64,000 bases of DNA from an uncultured Bacteroidales bacterium. GTDB lineage: Bacteria > Bacteroidota > Bacteroidia > Bacteroidales > GCA-2748055. The stretch is from positions 14,973 to 78,972 of the forward strand of contig CAWBWE010000006.1 of assembly GCA_963792395.1 (NCBI GenBank), written 5' to 3'. This document shows positions 1 through 8,555 of this stretch, piece by piece; position 1 is the stretch's first letter, and every line of letters starts with the position of its first letter. Position numbers and translations under genes: made by a program. The notes under the pieces were generated by a model. That model was not told the origin of the DNA, did no database searches, and saw nothing but the letters and a program-made list of their open reading frames with translations.

Positions 1-487
1 GGTATTCCGGTCACGGAAAAAAAATCAATTTTTGAAGACACCATTAAACTGGCCGACGGATGGGTTATATTTCCATGCGTGAGATAGTTGTTTCAACGGA
101 AGTGCAGCATCTGTTCGAAAGCGAGAATCTGGGGGAAGATTTAAACCAAAACCAAATACACGTGTTGACACCGGAGGAAGAAACATTCATGAATAAGTTC
201 ATGGAATTGATTGAAAAAGAGTGGCAAAACCCGAAGTGAAAGTGGAAGATTTCGAGAAAAACATGGGAATCAGCAAATCAAAACTCTACCGGGAGATGAT
301 TCGCTTAACCGGGAAATCACCACATGTTTTTTTACTCCATTACCGGCTTCGGAAATCACTGCACCTGCTGCAAAAGCAAAAAGGAAATATATCTGAAGTA
401 GCCTTCGATTCAGGATTTAACAGCCCTTCCTATTATGCAAAGTGCTTCCGCAAAAAATATGGAATTATGCCTTCCGCATTGATCTAA
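1..487 (+). CDS. AraC-family transcriptional regulator, 3' part only, with apparent frameshifts near 60-80 and 233
   Basis: C-terminal AraC HTH (ISEVAFDSGFNSPSYYAKCFRKKYG). Coding sequence continues upstream in other frames (GIPVTEKKSIFEDTIKLA; EIVVSTEVQHLFESEN...KEWQNP). Confidence 0.85.
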
Positions 488-537
488 AATTGCCTGCAGA
501 AGAACCAAATGTGCTATTGATTGATATTTGCTTGCCA

Positions 538-545
538 TAGATTTG
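538..545 (+). promoter_or_regulatory. Bacteroidota primary-sigma -7 element (TAGATTTG)
   Basis: Matches TAnnTTTG, 27 nt before the globin ATG. Confidence 0.45.
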
Positions 546-572
546 ACATCTAACATTTAAAAGTCAATTCTT

Positions 573-1022
573 ATGAAAAAGCAATTCACATTCCTATTCG
601 CACTATTATGCATCACGGGCATGATCAGTGCACAGTCGGCCCCACCGGAAACCAGTACACTTTTTGAACGATTGGGGGGAACAGCTGGAATTACCGCCAT
701 TGTGGACGATGTTATTGAAGCGCACATGAATAATCCGGCCATCAATGCACGTTTTATACCCTACCAGGACCAGCCGGAACGATTTGCAAAAATCAGGCAA
801 CATACCATCGATTTTTTCAGCGCCGGAAGCGGTGGTCCGGTGGAATACAAAGGCCGGGATATGCTCACCACCCACCAGGGGATGAATATCAGCGCTGCAG
901 AATACATGCATGTCATGGACGATATCATGGGTGTGCTGGAAAAACATCAGATCGATGAGGAGTCCAAAAAAGATGTGCTGGCCATTCTCTGGTCATTGAA
1001 AGAGACGGTGATGTCTAAATAA
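573..1022 (+). CDS. Group I truncated (2/2) hemoglobin with N-terminal signal peptide
   Basis: TLFERLGG, FF..GSGGP..Y.GRDM...H.GM.I motifs; hydrophobic leader ending ISA-Q. Confidence 0.88.
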   Translation: MKKQFTFLFALLCITGMISAQSAPPETSTLFERLGGTAGITAIVDDVIEAHMNNPAINARFIPYQDQPERFAKIRQHTIDFFSAGSGGPVEYKGRDMLTTHQGMNISAAEYMHVMDDIMGVLEKHQIDEESKKDVLAILWSLKETVMSK

Positions 1023-1040
1023 TTAAAAGGAGGATTAAAC

Positions 1041-1427
1041 ATGAAAATTGCAAAAGAAAACATCGAAGTAAAATTGAATATTCCCGGAGCTGTTATCCGT
1101 CAGAGAACAGATTTTGGGGAGGCCCCCGGAATGGGTAAAATAAGCGGGGAGTATTTCAGCCTTTCAGCAGGAGTAGATACCACCCCACTGTTTATGGGAC
1201 TTGAAGGAAACCTATGCCAGAGTCCGCACTGGGGCTATGTGCTGAGCGGTCAACTTACCACCACCGATGCGGATGGCATTCAGGAGACGGTAAACGCCAA
1301 TGATTTGTTTTACTGGCCGGCCGGGCATAATGTGAAGGTCAATGCTGATGCGGAGATCGTCATGTTCAGTCCCCAGCATGTACACAGTCAGGTAATTAAT
1401 CACATGATTGAGAAGACCAGGACATAG
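1041..1427 (+). CDS. Cupin-fold protein
   Basis: CQSPHWGYVLSG and FYWPAGHN cupin motifs. Confidence 0.8.
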   Translation: MKIAKENIEVKLNIPGAVIRQRTDFGEAPGMGKISGEYFSLSAGVDTTPLFMGLEGNLCQSPHWGYVLSGQLTTTDADGIQETVNANDLFYWPAGHNVKVNADAEIVMFSPQHVHSQVINHMIEKTRT

Positions 1428-1503
1428 CATCCCGGGGATAGCTTATTAACAGAAGATGCCCTGGTTTGCGGAACCAACCCCGCAGAATTCTGAAAAAAGG
1501 TTC

Positions 1504-1908
1504 TCAGCACTCAGAGCCTTTTTCCTCTTTCAGTTCGCCCGCATCACTCAGCACGAGTAAATGCCGTTTCAGTGACTCGTCCCTGAAGATCAGCTCATAC
1601 TCTAACATGTTTCCCAGGTTTTTCAAAACGGCATTCATAATCTCGCCTTTGGAGAGGGCCAGGTGTTTTATGGCCTCGGGAAGGTATTCCGGGGGCAGGT
1701 TTTTCCGGTATTCCATTAAGGTTCCGTTCAGGCTGAACAGGGCAATATGTTCCAGATTGTCTCTGTAAAAAACCGCCTCGTAGTATCCATCTTTCCTGAA
1801 CCATTCCACGTTGAGGGCATCTGTGAAATTCTCTGTAAATGATTGCAGGCAAACCGCCGATGGAGCTACTCCACTCCCTTCGATTACTTTTTTTAAGAAA
1901 TCCTTCAT
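1504..1908 (-). CDS. Hypothetical protein, PepSY/BLIP-like (DUF2874-like) repeats
   Basis: P.AV..SF...F.DA.NVEW...YEA.F and LPEAI patterns; preceded by the ECF motif. Confidence 0.6.
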   Translation of the reverse strand: MKDFLKKVIEGSGVAPSAVCLQSFTENFTDALNVEWFRKDGYYEAVFYRDNLEHIALFSLNGTLMEYRKNLPPEYLPEAIKHLALSKGEIMNAVLKNLGNMLEYELIFRDESLKRHLLVLSDAGELKEEKGSEC

Positions 1909-1925
1909 CTTTTTGGCTTATAACT

Positions 1926-1953
1926 TTTTGACGCAGAACCCGGCATAAGTAAC
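1926..1953 (-). promoter_or_regulatory. ECF-type promoter GTTACT-N15-GTCAAAA
   Basis: Reverse complement of ttttgac...agtaac, directly upstream of the ATG at 1908; one of 11 matching sites. Confidence 0.7.
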
Positions 1954-1957
1954 ACTT

Positions 1958-2524
1958 TTAGTCATGCATATATTTCTGCGTATATAAATACAATACCCTG
2001 GCCCGGGCTCTTTTCAGCCGCATCTTGGCGGCATCTTCGCTGATCCTTAAGGAATCCCCGATCTGCTTCATGGATAACTCTTCCCTGTATTTCATGAACA
2101 ATAAGGCCTTCTCCTCGGGGTGTATGTCTTCCAGGATCGTGAGCAGCTTTTCATAGTTCACCCCTTCAATCAACTCATCGCTTTCATCAATGATTTCCGG
2201 GATCTCATTTTCCCGGTCCCAGCTGGGGTAGTGCATTTTCTTTTTTTCACGCAAATAGTCAATGCAATGATTGTAGGTGACTGAAAATAACCAGGAGGAG
2301 AAGGAAGAAAGCTGCTTGAAGGAGGAAAGCTTCTCAAACACCTTGGAAAATATGTCTTCCGCCAGTTCTTCCGCTTCCTGCCTGTTCTTTACAAAGCTGT
2401 AGCAGTTGTCCAGCACTTTTGAATAATAACGCGCATAGAGAAGCTCAAAATATTTCGAAGAATCCTCGTTCCGGATTTTATAGATGAGTTCTTCATCTTT
2501 CAGGTGTTCCAGACCTTTTGCCAT
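1958..2524 (-). CDS. ECF sigma-70 factor (ECF-1)
   Basis: Region 2 (AEELAEDIFSKVFEKLSSF...FSSWLFSVTYNHCIDYLR) and region 4 (SMKQIG...KMRLKRAR). Confidence 0.93.
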   Translation of the reverse strand: MAKGLEHLKDEELIYKIRNEDSSKYFELLYARYYSKVLDNCYSFVKNRQEAEELAEDIFSKVFEKLSSFKQLSSFSSWLFSVTYNHCIDYLREKKKMHYPSWDRENEIPEIIDESDELIEGVNYEKLLTILEDIHPEEKALLFMKYREELSMKQIGDSLRISEDAAKMRLKRARARVLYLYTQKYMHD

Positions 2525-2590
2525 GGCTCCGCGTGCTTTGGGAATTAAAGGTAGGTGTATCGCCCCGGAAAAAAAAGTTTCAGTTATTTT

Positions 2591-2618
2591 GTTACCTGAA
2601 CAGCAAGTACCGTCCTAA
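2591..2618 (+). promoter_or_regulatory. ECF-type promoter GTTACC-N15-GTCCTAA
   Basis: Upstream of the lipoprotein/L,D-transpeptidase cluster; same spacing as the other sites. Confidence 0.75.
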
Positions 2619-2656
2619 TAGGGAATTAATAAAATAATACACTTATTGTTATTGAA

Positions 2657-3271
2657 ATGAAAAACAGAATTGTTGCAAGTATTGCATTTTTAGGAATGAC
2701 AGCCCTGATTTTAACTAGCTGTTCAAAAGTGCCCCAGGCTGAGATTGATGCTGCCAACGCTGCCATCGAGCAAGCAAGGTCTGCCGGAGCCGAAGTTTAT
2801 GTTCCTGAGGAGTTTGTAAGTCTGCAGGATTCCATGAACAGCGTTTTGGTAAGTATCGAATCGGAAGGTTCAAAATTTATCAAGACCTACGCGACAGCTA
2901 AAGAAGATCTGGCCAGTGTAACACAATTTGCCGGTGAAGTTCAACAGCAGGCAGAAACTCGCAAAGAGGAACTGAAAATGGAAATTCAGACCATGATTGC
3001 CGAGGTAAAAACGCTGATTGAATCCAACAGGCAACTGATCCTTGAAGCCCCCAGGGGCAAAGAGGGTACCTCCGCTCTTATTGCAATAAAAGGTGAGGTT
3101 GATGCAGTGGAAACTTCCATCAACGAAGCCAGCACTTTATTCGAGGCCGGTGATTATATGATCACCCTTGATAAAGCCAAAGCTGCAAAAGAGAAAGCCA
3201 CAGCGATCAATTCAGAATTGTCTGAAGTTATCGCTAAGTATAAGGCTAACGTACAGAGTAGAAGATCATAG
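2657..3271 (+). CDS. All-helical lipoprotein, DUF4398-like
   Basis: Lipobox LTSC; P.AEIDAANAAIEQARSAGAEVYVPE motif; Ala/Glu-rich helices. Confidence 0.75.
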   Translation: MKNRIVASIAFLGMTALILTSCSKVPQAEIDAANAAIEQARSAGAEVYVPEEFVSLQDSMNSVLVSIESEGSKFIKTYATAKEDLASVTQFAGEVQQQAETRKEELKMEIQTMIAEVKTLIESNRQLILEAPRGKEGTSALIAIKGEVDAVETSINEASTLFEAGDYMITLDKAKAAKEKATAINSELSEVIAKYKANVQSRRS

Positions 3272-3296
3272 ACGGGAAGAGAGATCCGTTAGACTT

Positions 3297-3330
3297 GCCC
3301 CGGTTCCGAGTCCTCGGAGCCGGGGTTTTG
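3297..3330 (+). terminator. Stem-loop / intrinsic terminator after the lipoprotein gene
   Basis: gccccggttccgag-tc-ctcggagccggggt hairpin followed by ttt. Confidence 0.7.
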
Positions 3331-3352
3331 TATATAATCATCCTTAAGGTTT

Positions 3353-4456
3353 ATGAGATCCAGAATTTGGCTCCCGGCATCCCTCCTTACGATGCTGCTC
3401 ACAGGCAGCCTGATCAGAATTTTAAGTAACAAAGCACCGGAAACCGAGGTGACGGAGGCTGGGAAAATGCTGGCAGAGGCTCAACTGGAGCGATCTCCGC
3501 GCTATGCCACCAGGACCTTCCTGCAGGCCGGCACGTATTACGATTCTGCCATGGTGGAGTGGAATACCCAGAATGACCGCTTCATCCTCTTCAGGAACTA
3601 CAATAAAGTGACCGAATTAGCCCGAAAGTCAGTAAATAGCAGCGAAGAAGCCATAAGCATTGCCCGCAGAACGATCTCAGAAACGGAAGATGCGCTTGGG
3701 ATCAGGCTTGAAAAATCAGAGGAAAAGATCCGGAATTTCCATGAGAATTTCAGCCGCTTCCCCATGGATAAGGAGCACCGGGACCGTTTTGCCAGGGGCA
3801 GATTGCTCTATTCAGAAAGCCAGCTTGCCTATAAAAACAAACAGTTCACCCTGTGTATGTCCAGGCTTGATTCCGTGGAAGCAATCACCAACGAGCTTTC
3901 ATCATTTTACCGGGACAGGCTGGAACAATATTTCGAGGAGTACCCCAAATGGGAGGCCGTGCTTGAACAAAGCATCACTTTCTCAAGAAAAAATCAAACC
4001 TTTGTCCTGGTGGTCGATAAAATGGCCAGGGAGCTTATCGTCTATAAAAATGGCAGGATCCTGAAGGAGTATCCTGTTGAACTGGGAGCCAACTGGGTGG
4101 GCGATAAAATGGAGCAGGGCGACAAATCCACCCCGGAAGGCCTGTACCGGATCCTGGATAAGAAGCAGAACGGGCAAACCAGGTATTACAAAGCCTTCCT
4201 GCTGGATTACCCCAATGCGGAAGATAAAAAAAGGTTCTCGCTAAATAAACAGAACGGGACCCTGAATCCGGATGCCCGGATCGGGAACCTCATTGAGATC
4301 CATGGAAGCGGAGGGAAGGGAATTGACTGGACCGACGGCTGTATTGCCTTGCAGGACAGGGATATGGATGAATTATTTGCCTTATGCCCGGTGCTTACCA
4401 GGGTCACTATTGTGGGATCAACAAAATCCTTAAACAGTCTAATATTCGATTTATAA
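3353..4456 (+). CDS. L,D-transpeptidase (YkuD) family protein, YafK/DpaA-like, with helical N-terminal domain
   Basis: K.EQGDKSTPEG.Y, YYKAFLLDYPN, IEIHG...WTDGCIAL with catalytic His/Cys. Confidence 0.88.
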   Translation: MRSRIWLPASLLTMLLTGSLIRILSNKAPETEVTEAGKMLAEAQLERSPRYATRTFLQAGTYYDSAMVEWNTQNDRFILFRNYNKVTELARKSVNSSEEAISIARRTISETEDALGIRLEKSEEKIRNFHENFSRFPMDKEHRDRFARGRLLYSESQLAYKNKQFTLCMSRLDSVEAITNELSSFYRDRLEQYFEEYPKWEAVLEQSITFSRKNQTFVLVVDKMARELIVYKNGRILKEYPVELGANWVGDKMEQGDKSTPEGLYRILDKKQNGQTRYYKAFLLDYPNAEDKKRFSLNKQNGTLNPDARIGNLIEIHGSGGKGIDWTDGCIALQDRDMDELFALCPVLTRVTIVGSTKSLNSLIFDL

Positions 4457-5217
4457 TGAGTCCTATTCGAGCAGATTTCCCCGTGGGAATTATCAGGAAA
4501 TCAGTCCTCAGATTGAAAAAATTTATCCCGAAGGCCGGTGAAAAGATCAGCCAGTGGATCCACAGGGTGCCTGAGCTCCTGAGGAAACATGCTGTTCTGC
4601 TGGCGGGAATGGCCCTGGTTGGGATCCTCCCCCTGCTGCTCAGAGCGGTGGTCTGGATGGTTCCGGTTTCATCACCTGCCCCGGTGCAAGTGGAAGAGCA
4701 GGAACTGGCTTCGCTCCGGCGCAAAATCAGCCAGGAAAATATCCTCCTGGACAGAAAGCTGAATGCCAGAAGGCCCGGATCCTATTACCTGGTCATTAAC
4801 AGCGCTTCCAATGAATTTGTGCTGTACCGGGGAACGGAAATCATCAAAAGGGATAAGTGCTCCACCGGAAGCTACATCCTGCTTAAAAACGGCGAGGAGC
4901 AGCAGTGGATGTTCAAAACCCCGAAAGGGGAATTCAGGATTCTGTATAAGACAGCCTCCCCGGTCTGGAAAAAGCCCGACTGGGCTTTTATAGAAGAGGG
5001 CCTGCCCGTTCCTTCTGCAAACCACCATACACGCTTTGAGTACAGTGTGCTGGGCGACTATGCCCTGAGCATCGGGGACGGATACCTGATCCACGGCACG
5101 CTCTACCAGCGTTTCCTCGGACTGCCCGTCACCCATGGCTGCGTCCGGCTGAATGATGAAAACCTGGAACTGGTATACAGGTCGCTTCAGCTCGGCTCGA
5201 AAGTTTATATTTATTAA
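4456..5217 (+). CDS. L,D-transpeptidase (YkuD), ErfK-like, membrane anchored
   Basis: TPKGEF.I..K...PVW..P, YLIHGT, VTHGCVRL; ATG overlaps the upstream stop (TAATG). Confidence 0.9.
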   Translation: MSPIRADFPVGIIRKSVLRLKKFIPKAGEKISQWIHRVPELLRKHAVLLAGMALVGILPLLLRAVVWMVPVSSPAPVQVEEQELASLRRKISQENILLDRKLNARRPGSYYLVINSASNEFVLYRGTEIIKRDKCSTGSYILLKNGEEQQWMFKTPKGEFRILYKTASPVWKKPDWAFIEEGLPVPSANHHTRFEYSVLGDYALSIGDGYLIHGTLYQRFLGLPVTHGCVRLNDENLELVYRSLQLGSKVYIY

Positions 5218-5226
5218 AAATTCGGA

Positions 5227-6030
5227 ATGCAGCTTAAAGACACGCCTGTAAAAACGGGTTCGAAAATAAAGTGGAAGACGGTCTGGACGATCTTTGCCCT
5301 GGCCGTTCTACTGGCCTTCTTCACCACGATCGCCCTGTCCCCGGTCCATAAATCCAGGGAGTTTCAGGAACTGGTCCAGGCTGATTCTGTGTTCATGGAA
5401 CAGTTTGACAGCAGGTACCATCATCCTGACCTGGACAGCCTGCTCCGGGAGCGGGCTTACAAAGAAGCGCTTTTGAAACTGGCAGAATCTGACTCCATCC
5501 AGCTGGTGGTGAACCTGTCAGACAGCACCGTTCTTCTGAATATTAAGGGAGTGCCCATACATGAGACCAGGATCCGTGAGTTCAGCAGGGATAAATTCCT
5601 GGAGAAGCTTCCCCTGATGCAGGAGATCAAACTCTTTTCCCTCCCCCTGACGGTTCTTTCCCAGTATGCCACCATTGTAAAAGAGCCGGTGGTGGTGCGC
5701 CATGCGCCCAGGGACGAAGAGGAAGCCGCAGAGAATGCCTGGCAACCGGACACCCTGGTGCAAAAGCCGGCTTTTGTGGCTTTTTCGGCTGAATATGGCA
5801 TCCAGATCATCTTCGAGCAGGACCGGGTGGAGAGCTTTCGCGAGCGCTGGAAGAAATTCGGTTTTTACAGCCATCTGCGCACCAGAAAGGCAACAAGTGC
5901 TGTTAAAAACTTCCTCCTGTTCTCCGGGCAGGAATACCAGCCTGCCATCACCATTGAGCTGCCTGTGGATGACCTGCGGGCCATCTACCGGGCCCTGCCG
6001 GACAGTACCCTGATCGTCCTGAAATTATAG
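5227..6030 (+). CDS. Membrane-anchored protein, probably a degenerate YkuD-like fold without catalytic His/Cys
   Basis: LVVNLSDSTV.L.IKG start and IEL..DDLRAIYRALP..T.IV end mirror the adjacent LDT, but there is no HG..C motif. Confidence 0.55.
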   Translation: MQLKDTPVKTGSKIKWKTVWTIFALAVLLAFFTTIALSPVHKSREFQELVQADSVFMEQFDSRYHHPDLDSLLRERAYKEALLKLAESDSIQLVVNLSDSTVLLNIKGVPIHETRIREFSRDKFLEKLPLMQEIKLFSLPLTVLSQYATIVKEPVVVRHAPRDEEEAAENAWQPDTLVQKPAFVAFSAEYGIQIIFEQDRVESFRERWKKFGFYSHLRTRKATSAVKNFLLFSGQEYQPAITIELPVDDLRAIYRALPDSTLIVLKL

Positions 6031-6067
6031 ACTGCTCCCTGCCTGGAATAAAAAGGGGACCTGCGCG

Positions 6068-6095
6068 GTTACCCTTTGGGCTTTTACCGTCATAA
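6068..6095 (+). promoter_or_regulatory. ECF-type promoter GTTACC-N15-GTCATAA
   Basis: 22 nt upstream of the ATG at 6118. Confidence 0.7.
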
Positions 6096-6117
6096 TTACA
6101 GATAAAGTACAAATACC

Positions 6118-6363
6118 ATGAAAACACAAACAGGCTACCTCAGGAAAATTGGCGGTTTCATTGCCAGAATGAGCACTGCCATCGTCTCCGGGATACCCCG
6201 GGAAAAGGCCGTGTTGAAACCCAGGAACTATACCATCCAGCACAACGGGAAGCCCTATGTTAAACCCGGAAGCGAAAAGTATTATCACCGGCCACCGGGT
6301 AAACCCGTCGTGGAGAAACAGACCCTGCTGAAAGAAAAGAAAAAAGCAAAGGCTGGGGATTAG
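6118..6363 (+). CDS. Small basic hypothetical protein (81 aa)
   Basis: A-rich leader, its own ECF motif, Lys/Arg-rich sequence. Confidence 0.55.
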   Translation: MKTQTGYLRKIGGFIARMSTAIVSGIPREKAVLKPRNYTIQHNGKPYVKPGSEKYYHRPPGKPVVEKQTLLKEKKKAKAGD

Positions 6364-7310
6364 TAATATTCCAATCTTACGGAGATCCTTTCCCAAAAAT
6401 TTGGTGCGTAAACAAAAATATCATCAGAGGTATATGGAATATTATCCTGACCTGCATAGATTTGTATCAAATCGCTTGTGTTAAAGCTCATGGTGCCATG
6501 TATGGTTTTTGTTTCACCTTCGGCAATGGCAGAAACTGAAACTGGTGTATAATTGTTACTTCTTACTATATATCCAGCCTGCCCCATCGGATCGTCGTTT
6601 GTTCTTTGATCTGGTACATCAGTTTTAAAAATGAAAGTGGTATCGGTATTGCCAAAGACATATGAGTGACTGCTAACAGGATAATTCCCCTCGAAACCTG
6701 TCCAGACCGGATTGAAAATTGGAGCAAGAAAATCTTCATGACTTGCTTTTAAAAACCGACCAATTTTCTCTACACCAATGGTTGGTCCATCGAAATTATC
6801 TCCAATACCACCATCAAAATTTAAATATTGCAGGCTGTTTCCATAAAAATCTTCATATGGTTCGGGTAATTCGAGTTCCTGGTAAAAGAATAAACAAATA
6901 GCAATAAAGTATATTAATTCAGCATTCTCACTTACTTCTACCTCATCAGGCTCAAAAATTACAACACTATTATTACTGAAATCTGCCAGACGTAAGGGAT
7001 TCGCTATATCTAAGTTATTGTCAAAAAAATCAATGTTGAGTTCCTCCCCGGCTGCTTGATTTTCATGCCAGTTGGAGAGTCTTAAATGCAAAAATTTTCC
7101 GATAAACCTGCTTGGAGTAATACTAGTTATATAATCACCAAATTGGGTATATTGAACAGTAGAAGTTTTATAGTCTGACTTTAATCCCTGGGTAGATTTC
7201 AGGTTGTCAGACTCTGTATAATAAGTCATGATTAGATCTAGTTTACCTCCTCTTTTCTCACACCCGGCGAAAAGGGTAATTATGGCGATCATTGCTATTA
7301 ATTTGTTCAT
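6360..7310 (-). CDS. Hypothetical lipoprotein (AT-rich gene)
   Basis: Lipobox FAGC; 316-aa ORF. Confidence 0.75.
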   Translation of the reverse strand: MNKLIAMIAIITLFAGCEKRGGKLDLIMTYYTESDNLKSTQGLKSDYKTSTVQYTQFGDYITSITPSRFIGKFLHLRLSNWHENQAAGEELNIDFFDNNLDIANPLRLADFSNNSVVIFEPDEVEVSENAELIYFIAICLFFYQELELPEPYEDFYGNSLQYLNFDGGIGDNFDGPTIGVEKIGRFLKASHEDFLAPIFNPVWTGFEGNYPVSSHSYVFGNTDTTFIFKTDVPDQRTNDDPMGQAGYIVRSNNYTPVSVSAIAEGETKTIHGTMSFNTSDLIQIYAGQDNIPYTSDDIFVYAPNFWERISVRLEYY

Positions 7311-7566
7311 ATTCGTTTTTTAAAATTATTACTAAGAGTGATATACACTGTCCATATCCGTAACTTCACCGATTACTTTCAAACAGCGGATCGCTTCGGC
7401 TTCACAACTCTCATGATTGCCATGGAATCAGGTTCTGCAAATCTCAGCTATAAAAACGAATCTGCAAAGAACTTGCTTACTATTATTGCTCCCCGGGTAA
7501 AAGAAAATATTTCCAGGATTGTATATTTTAAAGTAGTTTATATTATAAACCATATGAGCAAAAAAA

Positions 7567-7854
7567 TTATTTGGGATGAATGTAATTTTTCAAATTGTTT
7601 ACATAATTCTCAAATGCTTCAACTCCCTTTCTGGTCATGGAAACAGAAGTATTCGGATAGTTGTTTATAAAGGATTTTTTGACCTGGATATATCCGGCTT
7701 CCTGGAGTTTTTTAATTTGAATACTCAGGTTTCCCGATGTAGCCTGGGTTTCATCCTTAATGAAGTTAAAACTGGCTTCATCCACCGACATTAAAATCGA
7801 TACAATGGATAAGCGCAGTTGCGAGTGTAATATGGGATCTAAATCTTTAAACAT
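7567..7854 (-). CDS. Winged-helix transcriptional regulator (HTH_34, MarR/ArsR-like)
   Basis: LDPILHSQLRLSIVSIL...ATSGNLSIQIKKLQEAGYI. Confidence 0.88.
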   Translation of the reverse strand: MFKDLDPILHSQLRLSIVSILMSVDEASFNFIKDETQATSGNLSIQIKKLQEAGYIQVKKSFINNYPNTSVSMTRKGVEAFENYVNNLKNYIHPK

Positions 7855-8434
7855 GATCTTTTCTCCGGGCTATATTAAGTAATAATCCTGGTATAATCAT
7901 ACCTACCACTGCTGCCACCATCAAACTAATTCCATGGTAGTCACTATCCAGCCAGAAAGAACCCAGTCCTATTAAATTTAGTAATGCTCCTCCGATGGTA
8001 AGAGGTCTGAATTTTATAGATAATCCACTAACAATAATCATCAGGGCCAGCATAATTATAAAAACCGGACCCATGGCTTCTCCAAGTTTATCCGAAAAGA
8101 GAAATCCCATGATCAGCAGGTTCATGCCAATGATCCAACCAATGTTTTGCAAAATGCTCCCGATAACTGTTTTCGGCCTGTTTTCCTTTTTATGGTCTCT
8201 CCAGGCCCAAAGAAGGGTAATAATACCTCCTATCGGAAATAAATAAACCGGAACTATGGTAAACTTATATAATTCCAGGAGTGAAAGAATAAGCTGGCTC
8301 CCAAATACAATAACTGTCAGGGTGCCCCAAAAGACAAAGACACTGCCGTATTCCTTGAATCGATCTTTAGCCTCTTCTATTGTCTTCGTAATTAACAATA
8401 GACTTTGTTCTGGTGTTAATTCAGATTTTTCCAT
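7847..8434 (-). CDS. Integral membrane protein, partner of the wHTH regulator
   Basis: About six hydrophobic segments; LTPEQSL.LI..TI N-terminus; overlaps the regulator start. Confidence 0.78.
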   Translation of the reverse strand: MEKSELTPEQSLLLITKTIEEAKDRFKEYGSVFVFWGTLTVIVFGSQLILSLLELYKFTIVPVYLFPIGGIITLLWAWRDHKKENRPKTVIGSILQNIGWIIGMNLLIMGFLFSDKLGEAMGPVFIIMLALMIIVSGLSIKFRPLTIGGALLNLIGLGSFWLDSDYHGISLMVAAVVGMIIPGLLLNIARRKDHV

Positions 8435-8468
8435 TTAGTTCATTTTATGTTATAAATTAAGATGAGTT

Positions 8469-8496
8469 CAAATATAAACTAGTTTACATTATAAAC
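8469..8496 (-). promoter_or_regulatory. Primary-sigma -7 element (TATATTTG) with adjacent palindrome GTTTA-CATTA-TAAAC, a candidate wHTH operator
   Basis: Inverted repeat at 8482-8496 next to TAnnTTTG, upstream of the membrane protein/wHTH pair. Confidence 0.45.
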
Positions 8497-8555
8497 CTAA
8501 TTAAATCAATAAATAATTCTTAAGGTCCATGAAAGAAATATAAACTCCCTCAACC

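Noticed and set aside
543-567. TTGAC-N15-GTCAA inverted repeat upstream of the globin as a twelfth ECF site
   Set aside because: The -35 is TTGACA with a 14-nt spacer to GTC, which does not fit the consensus, and it overlaps a housekeeping TAnnTTTG. It may be an unrelated operator or chance.
7338-7670. 110-aa plus-strand ORF between minus-strand genes
   Set aside because: GTG start, no motifs, and it overlaps the wHTH gene on the opposite strand.
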